Source of the DNA: Ascoidea asiatica JCM 7603
Lineage: Eukaryota > Fungi > Ascomycota
DNA length: 64,000 nucleotides
NCBI GenBank assembly: GCA_001600695.1
Contig: BCKQ01000015.1
Location: 235,451-299,450 of the forward strand
Direction: 5' to 3'
Both the position numbers and the translations under genes were made by a program. Shown one piece after another: positions 1 to 11,582 of this stretch; position 1 is the first letter of the stretch; every line of letters begins with the position of its first letter. A model generated the notes under the pieces. It saw only the letters and a program-made list of their open reading frames with translations. It was not told the DNA's origin and ran no database searches.

Positions 1-644
1 TTTTTTAAAATTAATAAATTTTTAAAAATAAAATTTAAAATTAAATTAATTTTATTTGAATTTAAAATTTCATTAATTATTAAATTTGATGAATTTTTAA
101 TTATAGAATTTAATAAATTTAATAAAATTTGAATAAATTCAAAAGATTCATCATTTTTTTCATTTAATAAAGATAATAAATTAAATTCAATAGTTTTAAA
201 AATATTTTTTCTCCATAAATTTATTATTAAATCATAATTATTATTTAAAATTAAATTATTTAAAAGATTAAAAGATTGAAATTTAATTTGATTATTTGAA
301 TGATTTAATAAATTATTTAAAATTATATTAATTAATTTTTCTTTTAAAAAAATTTTATTAAAATTTTCAGTTTCTATTAAAATATTTATAGAATTTATTG
401 ATAATAAAATTTGATTAATATTAAAAGAATTTAAATTATTTAATAATAATAATATATTTTTTTTTGAATTTGATTGAATTTGAGTTAAATCATTATTACT
501 ATTATCATAATTGTTATTATTATTACTATTTTGATTAAGTAAAGTTTGATTTAATTGATTATTTTGTTTAATAATTTTTTTTTTCAATGAAGATTTTTCA
601 TCTCTAAATTGAGCTAATTTTGAAATTTTTTTTGCTTTACCCAT
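1..644 (-). CDS. SYO1: Symportin Syo1 (ARM/HEAT chaperone of Rpl5/Rpl11), 5' part; runs off the window
   Basis: Manual translation from ATG at 644 (absent from the ORF track because no stop in window): MGKAKK...FLKEKLINIILNNLLNHSNNQIKFQSFNLLNNLILNNNYDLIINLWRKNIF matches yeast Syo1 LLKEKLVPIILNKLLNDSNSDIVVESFGLLRNL...YDVSIYLWRSDIW. Confidence 0.8.
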   Translation of the reverse strand, partial: MGKAKKISKLAQFRDEKSSLKKKIIKQNNQLNQTLLNQNSNNNNNYDNSNNDLTQIQSNSKKNILLLLNNLNSFNINQILLSINSINILIETENFNKIFLKEKLINIILNNLLNHSNNQIKFQSFNLLNNLILNNNYDLIINLWRKNIFKTIEFNLLSLLNEKNDESFEFIQILLNLLNSIIKNSSNLIINEILNSNKINLILNFIFKNLLILK

Positions 645-1040
645 TGGTTTTCCTTAATTTAAAAATATTTGATGAAGAAATGATAAGAATAAAGGTTAAT
701 TAATATAATTGAAGGTATGATATTGAAGATCAATTGAAAAGAAACTTGATTAATAAATTAATTCTTTAGTTATCATTCATCGATGTTGATTGATATTTAT
801 TTATCATTCAAATTTTCATCTTTAAAATTTTGCTGTTGAAGAACCAAAAAAAAAAAAATTATTTTGGGAATGCACTACCACGTGGCGCGCGGCATGTACC
901 AGGAATGTGGTTGGAATAAAACAAAGTTACGTAAGCATAAACACTTTCCTTAACCGGACACGAACTTTCATATCCGGAATCGATTATCTTTTTGTGGTTA
1001 CAGGAAGAGAAGCAACACAAGAAGCAGAAACAGACGAAAG

Positions 1041-1086
1041 AGAATTGAATTGAATTGAATTGAATTGAATTGAAGTGAAGTGAATT
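1041..1086. repeat. (GAATT)n microsatellite
   Basis: Tandem gaatt/gaagt pentamers seen directly. Confidence 0.9.
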
Positions 1087-1396
1087 GGATGGTCATGGGC
1101 AGGTTCAAACAGATGGAATAATGAAACAATGAAAAATTTGATTGTTTTTATTCAATACGTTAAATTAAATAAATTCATATTATTCTTGTAATCTTCAATA
1201 TTTCAAACTTCTGAAACTTCATTCAAATATTGAATGTACTAAATTACAAATAGAAATAGCAAAATAAAATGTGCAGGATCATTTATTTTAAAACTAAAAT
1301 TATAATCAAAACACCTTCTTGAATAGAAAAGCACTTGAAAAAAAAAATAAAGAAAGAAATTTCATCCATATTAATATGTAATTAAGCAAAAAGCAA

Positions 1397-1432
1397 TACT
1401 AATTCTGTGGATCGAACACAGGATCTTTTGGT
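1397..1432 (-). pseudogene. tRNA 3'-half relic (tRNA-Phe-like T arm / isolated B box)
   Basis: Minus strand AGATC-CTGTG-TTCGATC-CACAG-AATTAGTA followed by a T-run; the T arm equals yeast tRNA-Phe CTGTGTTCGATCCACAGAATT; no recognisable D arm or anticodon arm. Confidence 0.5.
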
Positions 1433-1541
1433 CTTATCTGAGAAAACACCAGCAAAGCATTAGCATTAAGACACATGATATGTTGAATAATGTCTCGTGA
1501 CAACTTATAAATTCAACCTACCCAATTTCTGTGTAAGCTTT

Positions 1542-1613
1542 TCCGATATAGTGTAACGGTGATCATACCTCGCTTTCACCGAGGAGACCCGGGTTCGACT
1601 CCCGGTATCGGAA
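1542..1613 (+). tRNA. tRNA-Glu(TTC)
   Basis: TCCGATA...TATCGGA acceptor stem, CTCG-CTTTCAC-CGAG anticodon arm, GGTTCGACTCC T loop; near-identical to yeast tRNA-Glu(UUC). Confidence 0.97.
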
Positions 1614-2342
1614 CATATAAGTTCCGATGAACTTTTTTTACTTTACTTCTGTGTGCCCTGAATGTGTTTACTTTTTGGCCTTACCGCCCTGGATAAAAAA
1701 TAAAAACATGGCTGGAAACCGAAGATCCACTTTTAACTATGGAGTTGCTGTTAAGTATGGAGTTGCTGTCAAGTATGGGAGCAACAGCAGTAACAATTTG
1801 TTGGTTGCTGGCTTCGCTCTATCAATTTCTTGGGAGATAGAGCAAAGGATCCATGGTGCTGGTTCGATAATTTTAATATATTGTTTATCAATAATATTTA
1901 TTCAACTGGTTTTATCAAAATAATTGGTCAATAAGTTTCTGAATTTGAAACAAATTTAAATTTGATCAAAGATTCACAAGTAATGTCTCAATTAATATTT
2001 TCAAAGAATGTATCAAATCATCTAAAAATTTTTTAATTGTATTATTGATTCTATATTATTCAAACATGACTAATATAGTCCATGAGTTAATGAATAATAA
2101 CAAAACAAATACTCAAAGATTGAAAGCTTTTCAATTAATAAAAATTAAAAACTAGATATTTAAAAAGATTAATAATAAAAAAAAACAATAAAATGGATCA
2201 TCAAAAAGAATTTTGAAAAAGAAAACATTAATCTAGGATTGAAAGAAAAAAGAAAAATGAAGTATTATCTGTAGTTTATTATTATCCAAGATTACATTTC
2301 ATTTAAAAGCTTTAATCAAAAGAAACAAATTACAAAATTAAA

Positions 2343-3957
2343 ATGTTTTGTATAGAAGTTTATCACTCAAGATTTAAAAGATTTTATAAAAACTTGAAAA
2401 ATATTCCATTTATACTATTTTTTTTATTCTTTTTATTAATAATTTATAATTATCTGTCTATTTTCTTAAATTCAATTTAATAAATTAAAATCAAAATGAT
2501 ATAATTAATGAAAAACATAATTATTTCAATAATTATAAACATTTGAAAGATATTCAAAATAATAATTCATCATGATCGTAACAATAATATCAATAATAAT
2601 CACAGAAAAAATGATAATAAAATTGATCACATTGATAGTAACACATGATAATGACGAAGCTGATAACAAATCATTAAATAACTTAATTCAACAGAACCAA
2701 TAAAATCAAGAAAATCAAGAAAATCAAGAAAATCAAGTTTAAAATCTTTTTGAAATACAAATACAAAAACTCAAAAAGAAATAAATTTTGAAAAATATAA
2801 ACTAACAACATCAATAACTGATTTTGATTTAAGTGGTTCAAGATTAAATAAAGGTAATGAAATTGTTATTGTTGAAGGTGGAAAATTAAATTGGTTAACT
2901 TTATTAAGTATAAAATCTTTAAGATCAATTGGATCAAAATTACCAATTGAAGTTATAATACCAACTTTAGAAGAATATGAAATTAATTTATTTGGTTGAA
3001 TATTTCCTGCATAAAATTCAAGATGTATATTATTACCTCATATTTTAGGTAAAAAAGTTACAGATAAATAATTTTGAAATTTTTGTATATTAATATAAAC
3101 TTTTAAAATTATTAGTATCATCATTTGAAAAAGTTTCACTTTTAGATTCAGACCAGAACATTTATTTGAAAATGAACCATTTTTATAAACAGCATTAATT
3201 TCTTGGCCAAATTTTTGAAAAAGAGCAACATCACCATATTATTATAAAATTGAAGATATTGAATTAAGTAATAAAAAAGTTAGATATGGATATAATAATT
3301 ATGGAATTTATGGAAGTGGGATTTTAATTGAAGAAAATAATATTAATGATATACCTTTACATGATATATTACGTACAATTCCAGATCCAACAACTGAATC
3401 AAGTCAATTAATGATTAGTAGAAAATATCTAATAAAAACATTATTTTTATCATTATATTTTAATTTTTATGCAGCAGATTTTTATTTCCTTCTCCATTAT
3501 TTTCTGAAGGATCAGATGGAAAAGGAAATAAAGAAACACTTTTAGCAGTAGCAGTTGTTTTAATGAAACCATATTATAAAGTTAATAAATTTTTAAATGC
3601 ATTTGGACATTTTGATATCAATAGAAAATTTGTTGGAACTGGAATGGGACAATATGATCCAGTTGAAGAATATAAGATTTTGAACAAGTAATTCAAATAT
3701 TTTAAAAAATTATAAGAACTTATTTATATCATTTGATTAAGCTAATGAAGATTTAAAAACAAACAAAGAAATAAATGAAAATAAATTACCAATAAAAAAA
3801 ACTTTAAAAGCCAATATAAATTCATTTGAATTAACTACAAAATCACCAAGAATTTTATTTGTTCAAGCAAAATTTCTTAAATAAAATCCAACTAAATTAA
3901 AAACAAGTGGTAAAATAATTGATGAAAATGGAAATAGAATTCGACTTTATGGACCTG
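2343..3957 (+). pseudogene. Alpha-1,2-mannosyltransferase (MNN2/MNN5, GT71) pseudogene
   Basis: Type II TM anchor (IPFILFFLFFLLIIY), GNEIVIVEGGKLNWLTLLSIKSLRSIGSKLPIEVIIP, SSFEKVSLLDSD, IPDPTTESSQLMI, GTGMGQYDP, RIRLYG; many stops and frameshifts; truncated after RIRLYGPG. Confidence 0.85.
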
Positions 3958-4499
3958 GAATCGGGCCCGCTATATACTGCCAGATTCGTTCTCTAAAAAA
4001 AATGAATGGAACAAATATATATCTTAAGTCACCTGATAAAAAAACGGAAAATATTGAAATCCCAATTATTATCAACATCCAAAGACCATTAAAAACTCCG
4101 AATTTAAGGGTTGCCAAATGGGTCGGAACAAAATTTTGTACCATAAACATCGGGTCACCAAAATAAACGGTTTCCCAACATCAAATTTTCAATAATGTAT
4201 ACTTCTTCTGCTTATCCTCCTTCTATACCCTCAAATTCTTTACCTCCTTCTCATTTTCCTTCTCCAACTCCTTTAACTTTTGCAAGTGAAAATTGTTTAT
4301 ATATAGATTTTCATTATGATAATAATAGTAATAACAAATATATAATAAAACATTATTACAAAATGAATGATATAACGATACAAATAATAATAATAATATA
4401 AATTCAACTATAAATATAAATATAACTAACAATAATGTTCTTCTACCTCTTTTTAAAAAAGGCTTTAGATGACTTAGCTCAAAGAGATTGAGAGTTTTT

Positions 4500-6800
4500 A
4501 GAAACAAAATAATCAAACTGTTGAATTAAAAAATGTTGGTTAAGGTGTTGGCGGTAATGTGTAAATATGTAAATTGAATAATAATATTTTTCATTCTTCA
4601 TATGCGTTAAAACCAATTGCGTCCAATAAATAAAAAGAGGGGCGAGCTCAACTATTAAGATAATTCCAATTTGGAAGGTCTTCTAGTGTTTCAAGTATGA
4701 AAAACTGTGACTGTACTTTTAAGAATAAATATCAATATGCGATTTACATTACCATCAAATAAACGGTTGGCAAAGTTTTGGAAACAATTTTTAAAAGGTA
4801 AAAATCAGTCATGGTCAAATTGGTGAAAACAAGTTTAGGCAACGTTGTTCAAAGTGGTTTCAAAGGTTAAAATTCCTTGACAGAACAATATAGTTCTTCA
4901 TAGTGCGATTAATCCTCAGAAATTGTTTTTGAACAAATTTGGTTAAATAACATTATGTGGTTTTAGTGGTTTTGCTGTCGTGGTAAATTCATTGAGCTTC
5001 ACCATTTACTGAAACTTCTAGGGAATTGCCCCATAAGGAATTCAGCGTCAATTGAATACTGGTAGAAGTAATTTTTGTTTTCAATGTTTAACTTTTTTAG
5101 AAGCTTCAAGGCTTAGCCTTCTTTGATTGGATAAATCAGCAAACAATAAAATGAATGATGTTATTAACAAACATAATTACGACCAACATCCTGCTGCAGG
5201 GATTTCAAAAAACATCATTGGTTAAAATTGAATTATTATGTTCAAATTTAAAATGTTCAACAGCACATCAAGAGAAACTTGAAAAAGGAATCTTTCGGAT
5301 AAAAGTTTTTGGCTGATCCATTGAATGATGCTTAGAACAAAATCAAAAAAAACAGAGCACAAATTAGCCAAATGACTAAACATTTTTGGATGATTGGCCA
5401 AATGAAAATTAAAGCAAATATGAACCAGCTTGTGTTCCAGTGTCGGAAATGAATAATGGTTTTTTAAACTTCAATTATATTTATTATACTTAAGATACAA
5501 CCTGTAAAAGATTAAATTGAATATAAAAATATATGATCAATAAAACAGAATTTGAACTAAAAAGCATACTTGCTACAACCGCTAGGAGTTGATGATTCGA
5601 AAACCTTAGGGTGTAGCAATCAATTCACTGGGTACGCAATTTGCGCTGGTGTAAGACTTGATTTCAATTGCTTCTTTTTTGCATACGTCTGTTATGGCTC
5701 CGGCGCTAACCGCTGCATTGTATTACCGCGATCGTGACCGTTCATACCAGGTCAATGCCATACTAAGTAAAGAATTCAATATACAGGTGGAAAAAGGGTA
5801 CCAACAAAACCACCAAAATATAAGTTTTTGCAACTCCTGATCCGGCGCTTCAAAGGGTCGACCTAAAGGTTGTATTAGTAAGGGTTCCAGATACTAACAT
5901 ATTTAATTATTATTGTGTGATCAGCCTTCATCTAATTACTTTCAAAAGATTTTAAAGGTGGTTATATTTATTAGAACTATAAAACCATCATCGCCACTAA
6001 AATGCTTTGATTAAATTATGAATACTTGGTTTTAACTGTTAACATTGAGCATAGTTCAAATCCTTGCGCAAACTGTAAATTAATTGAGGGCAGTTTTCAA
6101 GCGTTTCGTTGAACTAAATATGATCTCGATTAAATACAGTTTGTTTATTATCTTCAGAAAAACTTGCAATCTTCGGCTCAAAAAGCTGATAGGCGGCCAT
6201 AACCAAATCTCTGAAAATATTTTGAAATTCAGAGAAATTCAAGAAAACTTAGCCGCTCAGCATATCTGAAAAAAACATATATCTGCATGCTAGATCATAA
6301 GCCTCAAAAGAAGCGCAGTTACATTAGACAATGTGGCAGGAGTAATCCAATCTGCCACCCCCGCTGCATGTTGGCCTCAGCATGCATAATCTCCAGCCCC
6401 ATTTTGGTTTGAAGAACAAACGAGAACCCTTAAATATTTGACCATTTTTATGTTCCATAATTTACTTCCTAACTTTGATCATGTGCATCCTTCTTTTTGT
6501 GTCATCAAATGTCATGTGAATTTTTTTTAATTTTTTCTTCAATTGTTCAATCGATTCCGTTCTGACAATACCTGGAAAAAAAACACTTTTGAGCTGTGAG
6601 TGCATATTTTCTGTAGCTTCAGTGGATAATGTTTGAAGAAGGTATTTACTGTATCTTCAATACGCCACTGACCAAAACAGAAGAGATGTTATCTGAGTCC
6701 TGTTGACAGAAATTGTTCTTCGATCATTTCTGACCTCAGTAACTACAATAGTCAATTAGTGTAATCTTCAAAAAAATTTCATTTTAATTTTACTACAAAG
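4500..6800 (-). mobile_element. Decayed Pif1-family helicase, C-terminal half of a Helitron-like RepHel
   Basis: Across stops and frameshifts, motifs in order: LNYAQ (6045-6059), SAGSGVAKTY Walker A (5823-5849), AAVSAGAIT (5691-5716), FTG...LFISDTGTQ, QFP (5020-5028), SHYEELY/VLSR (4875-4908, cf. SHGQLYVALSR). Confidence 0.5.
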
Positions 6801-6857
6801 TTACCTTCTTTTTTATTTTTTTATTTAATTATTTTTTATTTTCTTTTTAATTTTTGT

Positions 6858-7144
6858 GATACATCTTTGTATCAGTTTTACATCGGATAACGCTTCCGCG
6901 TTTTTTTTGTTTTTTTTGATACAAGTTTGTATCAGTTTTATTATTGGATACATTTTTCTATCACTTTTATTTTTTTGACACACTTTTGTATCAATTTTAT
7001 ATCGGATGTTAGTTCGGTGTTTTATTTATTATTTCTTGATACATATTGTTATCCATATCCTATCGGTTTACATATCCGGTCATTTATTTTACACTTTCCA
7101 TACACTTTTGTATCATTTTTATTTTTTTGATTCACTTTTGTAGC
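6858..7144. repeat. ~30-bp-period minisatellite carrying the palindrome GATACA-N4-TGTATC
   Basis: Motif copies start at 6858, 6918, 6947, 6977, 7038, 7099, 7129. Confidence 0.8.
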
Positions 7145-7246
7145 TTTTTCAACTTTTATGCTACCTATTAAAGGGAAATTTACTCTGTGTTGTTTTTTTA
7201 TTTTTCTTCTTTTCAATTTTATTATTATTATCAACTCAATTTGAAA

Positions 7247-8230
7247 ATGTCAATGAATGGAACTATTACATCATCAACTTCAAGCTTTGATATTCAAGTA
7301 TGGAAAGAAATTCCTAAAATAGTCAAATATTATTCCGAAAACTGAAATTTACATTTTTATCTTGATAAGACTTCATTTAATAGCTTATCTCCTTCAATTC
7401 AAACTTTATTTCTTAATCTAGTCAAAGCAAGCGGCAATCATTTCCCTATCACTTTTTATTTTGTCAAAGCGGAATTATTAATTTCATATAAAAATAATAC
7501 CCTTTCATATATGGGAGAAAATCTCATTTTTTTAAATTATTTAAACTATATTTATAGACTAAATCATTTTCATCTCTCTGAAATTGAAATTATTAAACCT
7601 AACAATTACAATTCAATTATTAATCTACCGTTCGATAGTCATATTCAATCAACAAAGTTTATTTTTATTTTACATTCAATTTTATTTGCAACCAATCAAA
7701 ATCAATTAAATTATCAAAAAGAGATTTCCGGAATTATTTGTGAAATCATCCTAGAACCACATAAATATAACTTACGTAATCAAACATTAATTCAACTTAT
7801 CATTGCTCATCATCAAAATCTCAATAATCTTGAAACCAGAACAATGGAACTAGAAATTATTAGTCAGAAGGTATTACGTCATCAATTAATAAGATTGTCA
7901 AAAATCAACTTCAGGAAGAAATCCGATCCCTTAACCGTCTAACCCGCTATAGATTATACAAAAATTCAAAAAATAGAATTTATTATAGGAATGGAAAATC
8001 CGAAATTGAAATATTGTAATTGATCCAACAAATCACACTAATAATGTCTTACACTTTTCCGTGTTGAATCCAATAGGCAGGTTTTATGGAAAACGGAATT
8101 ATAGAAAAAAAATTAAAAGTAAGTAGCCCAATATTCCGAAAAAGATGTTTGAAATAATAATTCTCTAATTTCATTTAGTAATTGTAGTCCCGTTAGGATC
8201 AGATTCTTATGATCTTGTTATTCCAAATCA
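7247..8230 (+). pseudogene. Decayed ORF of unknown (possibly TE) origin
   Basis: Frame from ATG 7247 (MSMNGTITSSTSSFDIQVWKEIPK) reads through one stop into ORF 7511-7942; degraded downstream. Confidence 0.35.
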
Positions 8231-8361
8231 ATAAATTTTTTTCCTTTTATTACTACTTATTTTTTTTTTATTACTATTTATTACTATATACTGCATTGTC
8301 TTTTATATAAGTATGCCCCAAATATCTTCTTTTTTTTATTACAACTGCAGTTTTATTTTTT

Positions 8362-9655
8362 TGTCGAATATTATTCTTATTATAAGTATTCATATTCAAT
8401 TATTTCCATAATCTCTCTGTAAAAATTTCTATAAATATATTGAGAAAGAAAGGTCTATTTATATTAACTTGGCCGTAGATCAGCAAGATATATATCTTGT
8501 AAATCTTGCCAGCTACTTCCCATAAGTATGGCAAAACGGATGCAACTTGGGAGCCGCAAATAAAGGAGGATATCACTTTCTACCTGTAATATTTGTGGTT
8601 GAAATTACGTCTCCTAATCTCAAACAACAAGTTAGTATTCTGCATCTACAATTCGATTGAAGGTACAAGTAAAATTTCTGTTTGATAGAACCTACAAGGA
8701 CTTTCTCTATAAGTTGGTACATTCGGCTATCGGAGTAGCCAATGAATTTCTTGTAGCTAATCAGTAATCAATTAACCCTCATGAAGCACATGACATCGCG
8801 TTGTTCTCCGAGGACCGTTATGCATGGCAAGGCATCACGTCTTCTACAACCGCATATTAGCCCCTCACAGAAATATATGAACTAATAACTGCTTTGTACA
8901 ATTACCAATTGGAATAGGAAACCTGCCGCTCGGCTGTCCGTGAATCCGAATCACTCGAGTATACCGCAATCAAGTTCCCGTCTCCCTGATTACGTAATCA
9001 GTTACCTAATCGGGACCACGCCAGTGAATCTGAGCAATGACATGGAACATTGTACCTGGAGAATACTTCAAGTATCTCCATGTTACATCTTGTAATCTGT
9101 ATGCAGACAATACATATTCACTGTTGATTGTAGTTCGAACGAAATATCTAATTATTACTAAGAAGATATCTAATTCAAATTATAAACAATTGTTAATTAA
9201 AATATAAAATGTATAAAAATTATATAAAAAATATGGGAGGTTAGTGCCCTATTTATATTAGTGGTAAATAGGAGCGGATAACCCAGCTTAAGAATAAATT
9301 TGTAAATTTAGTATGTGAAAGTTCACTTCCCATACTTAAGAAAAGAAATAAAATAAAGTATTGTTCTAGAAGACACTACGTCATTCTAAGAACAAACACG
9401 AAGATTCCAGTTCATTCGAGATGCACACAGAACTTCGAAGAAAGAATAAATAATGCAGACCCAGAATGTTCCAGTACAATTAACATGCACACGGAAGCTC
9501 TGAAAACGCAATAGAATGTAGTCGTAGAACAATCTATGCAATCTTAGAAAGTCTAAGAATAGCCTAGAATATTCGAAAACAATTCCAATAAAAGAATAAA
9601 ATGATTAACAATCACTGTTAAGGATCACGGCTCGTTTGCTAATACTTGATCAATA
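8362..9655 (-). mobile_element. LTR family A, copy 1 (interrupted by B1, truncated by C1)
   Basis: Starts TGTCGAATATTATTC as copy 2 does; colinear with 24571-25370; TATAAATAG on minus strand near the 8362 end. Confidence 0.85.
9125..9614 (-). mobile_element. Solo LTR family B, copy 1 (490 bp)
   Basis: TGATTGT...ACAATCA inverted termini; perfect 4-bp TSD CTGT; removing it restores the A2 sequence (tattca-ctgt-taagg vs tattga-ctgt-taggg). Confidence 0.9.
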
Positions 9656-10689
9656 TGTTGGAAATAATAGAGATCTATATATGCTAGGCCATATATTGGT
9701 ACGAACACCATATGTGGTGAAGGTCTAAAGGACACGTATCTATAGTAGACGTAAAAGCGTTATGTATTATACAATAATGTGTGTACACAATGTATAATTA
9801 TGCATAGAGATGCATAATTACGCATAAATATACATATTGTTCCATAAAGTGCATTAAATTGCATCAAGAATACAACAATTCGCATGACCTTGCATGAGTC
9901 CGTGTCCAGGTACACAGATAGTCGGATATCATGTGATATTCTAGTCGCATGGCATAGGTCATGAGTGCTTGCGTCAGGTATAGCGTCCAAAGTAGAAAAG
10001 ACCTTGAGATTGGTGCCAGCCATATTCGTACAAGCTTTAGGAGCATATTAAAGCTTAGCCACTCGGTACGAGGAGTATTAAAGAGGAGTTAGGATTTAGC
10101 GCCTATCCGGGTACAAGTTAAATCCGAAAAGCCGATCCAGGTAGGGACGTCTTCTGGATAGCTGGACGGGCTAAGCCAACAATCATGTGAGATAATGTAT
10201 AATTGTCCCTGCGTATACCGAATTTTCTCGGAGTAAACAGGAGACTAGTCGAGATAGTCCCGTAAGGGATGTATTCCGAGTACGGCTTGGGGATTAAAGA
10301 TTATTCCCGTCAGTTAGTGTGATTCTCTACCGCACTGGAAAGTGGGCTGATTGGTTTTACTATGGTAAAATAGAATTATGAATTTGAATTGATTTCTAAT
10401 CAAGTTTTTAACCATTTTTACAAGGCAAACCTGATTCCCACCCTTATTCTACTACGGAATCCTGGAACTTTTGGGTATTCCCGAGAATTCTCGATAGTTC
10501 TGGGTACCCCTTAGGAATTCTGAATTAATATAAAACGAATCGATTACCTCTTATTTTTTATATAATTTATTTCGTTTTCTTTTTAGATCATCGATTAGTA
10601 CCAGTTAATTTATTAATACATAGTAAGTAAAACATTTGATTATATAATTCGAAATTGAAAATTTGTAAAATGAAAGAGAATTCACAACA
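9656..10689 (+). mobile_element. LTR family C, copy 1 (1034 bp)
   Basis: TGTTG...CAACA termini, TATAAAA ~160 bp from the end, homologous to 17650-18676, 26827-27856 and 29950-30794; flanks CAATA/CTAAT do not match. Confidence 0.85.
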
Positions 10690-11227
10690 CTAATTTTGTA
10701 ATTCACCAAATTCTTCTTATTTGAAAGGAAAAAATACGTCAACTTTTTCACGTACAGCCCAGGTTTTATACAATGTTCAAAAAGAAAGCAGCAAAATCCT
10801 TAAAGTAGCTGGTATATGACAGATCTCTATATTCATGTGAATCAATTTGTTACACAAAATACTATATTAAATTTCTCAGTAACAAATGATATTAATATCT
10901 TAGGCACCCTTACAGTTTTTACCACTTTCTTTGAAAATATATACGTAACAATAAGCAGGGGCAAAAAGGTAATGGAGTCAAATCTTAATTCAAGGCTTAG
11001 ATCCGATCTTCATAAGTAATGAGATATGAGAAATTTGACTTTTGGAATTCTATTATTCTTATATATAAAATTTGGTAAGGATTATTCAAAAAAAAAAATT
11101 ATTAAATAAAATAAAAAGAAAAGGAAAGGTCTGTTTATATTAGTTTCATCGAGGAAAATGATATAAAGAAAAGTAATAATTTGATAAAATTATAGTCTAC
11201 AATCCATAGTGGAATTCGGTTTGACTA

Positions 11228-11582
11228 TGTAATCTGAAAATTAAAACCTGATTTCAAATTCAAATATTACAATTTGTACTCTTAGCATATCGTGTGCTAC
11301 AAATGTAAAATTTTATTCAAGGCATAAATGGTATAAGCTCAAATTAAAGAAGTCCCTGATCTCCTTTGCTGGAGGAAGAGAGAAGAAAGGTATTTTCGTG
11401 TATTTATATATCACGAATCAAGGGAGAGTTTAGGACTCAAGCTCGGTCAAATAACGCATAAGATGTGGCGCACTAAGAGGGTAACATCATACATTGTGTG
11501 ACACAATGAGTGACAGGCCCCTTAAAGCCTGATATCTTAACACATGGCCATAGCATAGTACATGACATATATGCACGTAACA
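11228..11582. mobile_element. Possible single-copy solo LTR (~355 bp)
   Basis: TGT...ACA ends, internal TATA-like motif, imperfect 4-bp flanks ACTA/AGTA; no second copy in window. Confidence 0.3.

Noticed and set aside
1627-1923. 98-aa ORF with an 18-bp tandem duplication (YGVAVK x2)
   Set aside because: Starts right after the tRNA terminator region and matches no family I recognise; at most a pseudogene fragment.
4139-4176. ~35-bp similarity to 11804-11838
   Set aside because: Short, gapped and about 70% identical in AT-rich DNA; may be chance.
6858-7144. CRISPR-like palindromic repeat array
   Set aside because: Eukaryotic context, degenerate repeats, spacers are short T-rich related sequences, no cas genes.
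8170-8232. PLGSDSYDLVIP resembling a gypsy integrase C-terminus
   Set aside because: Single short motif; no integrase core or RT detected nearby.
9760-10046. Short ORFs inside LTRs (also 17788-18003, 25086-25304, 31158-31385)
   Set aside because: Not preserved as open frames among LTR copies.
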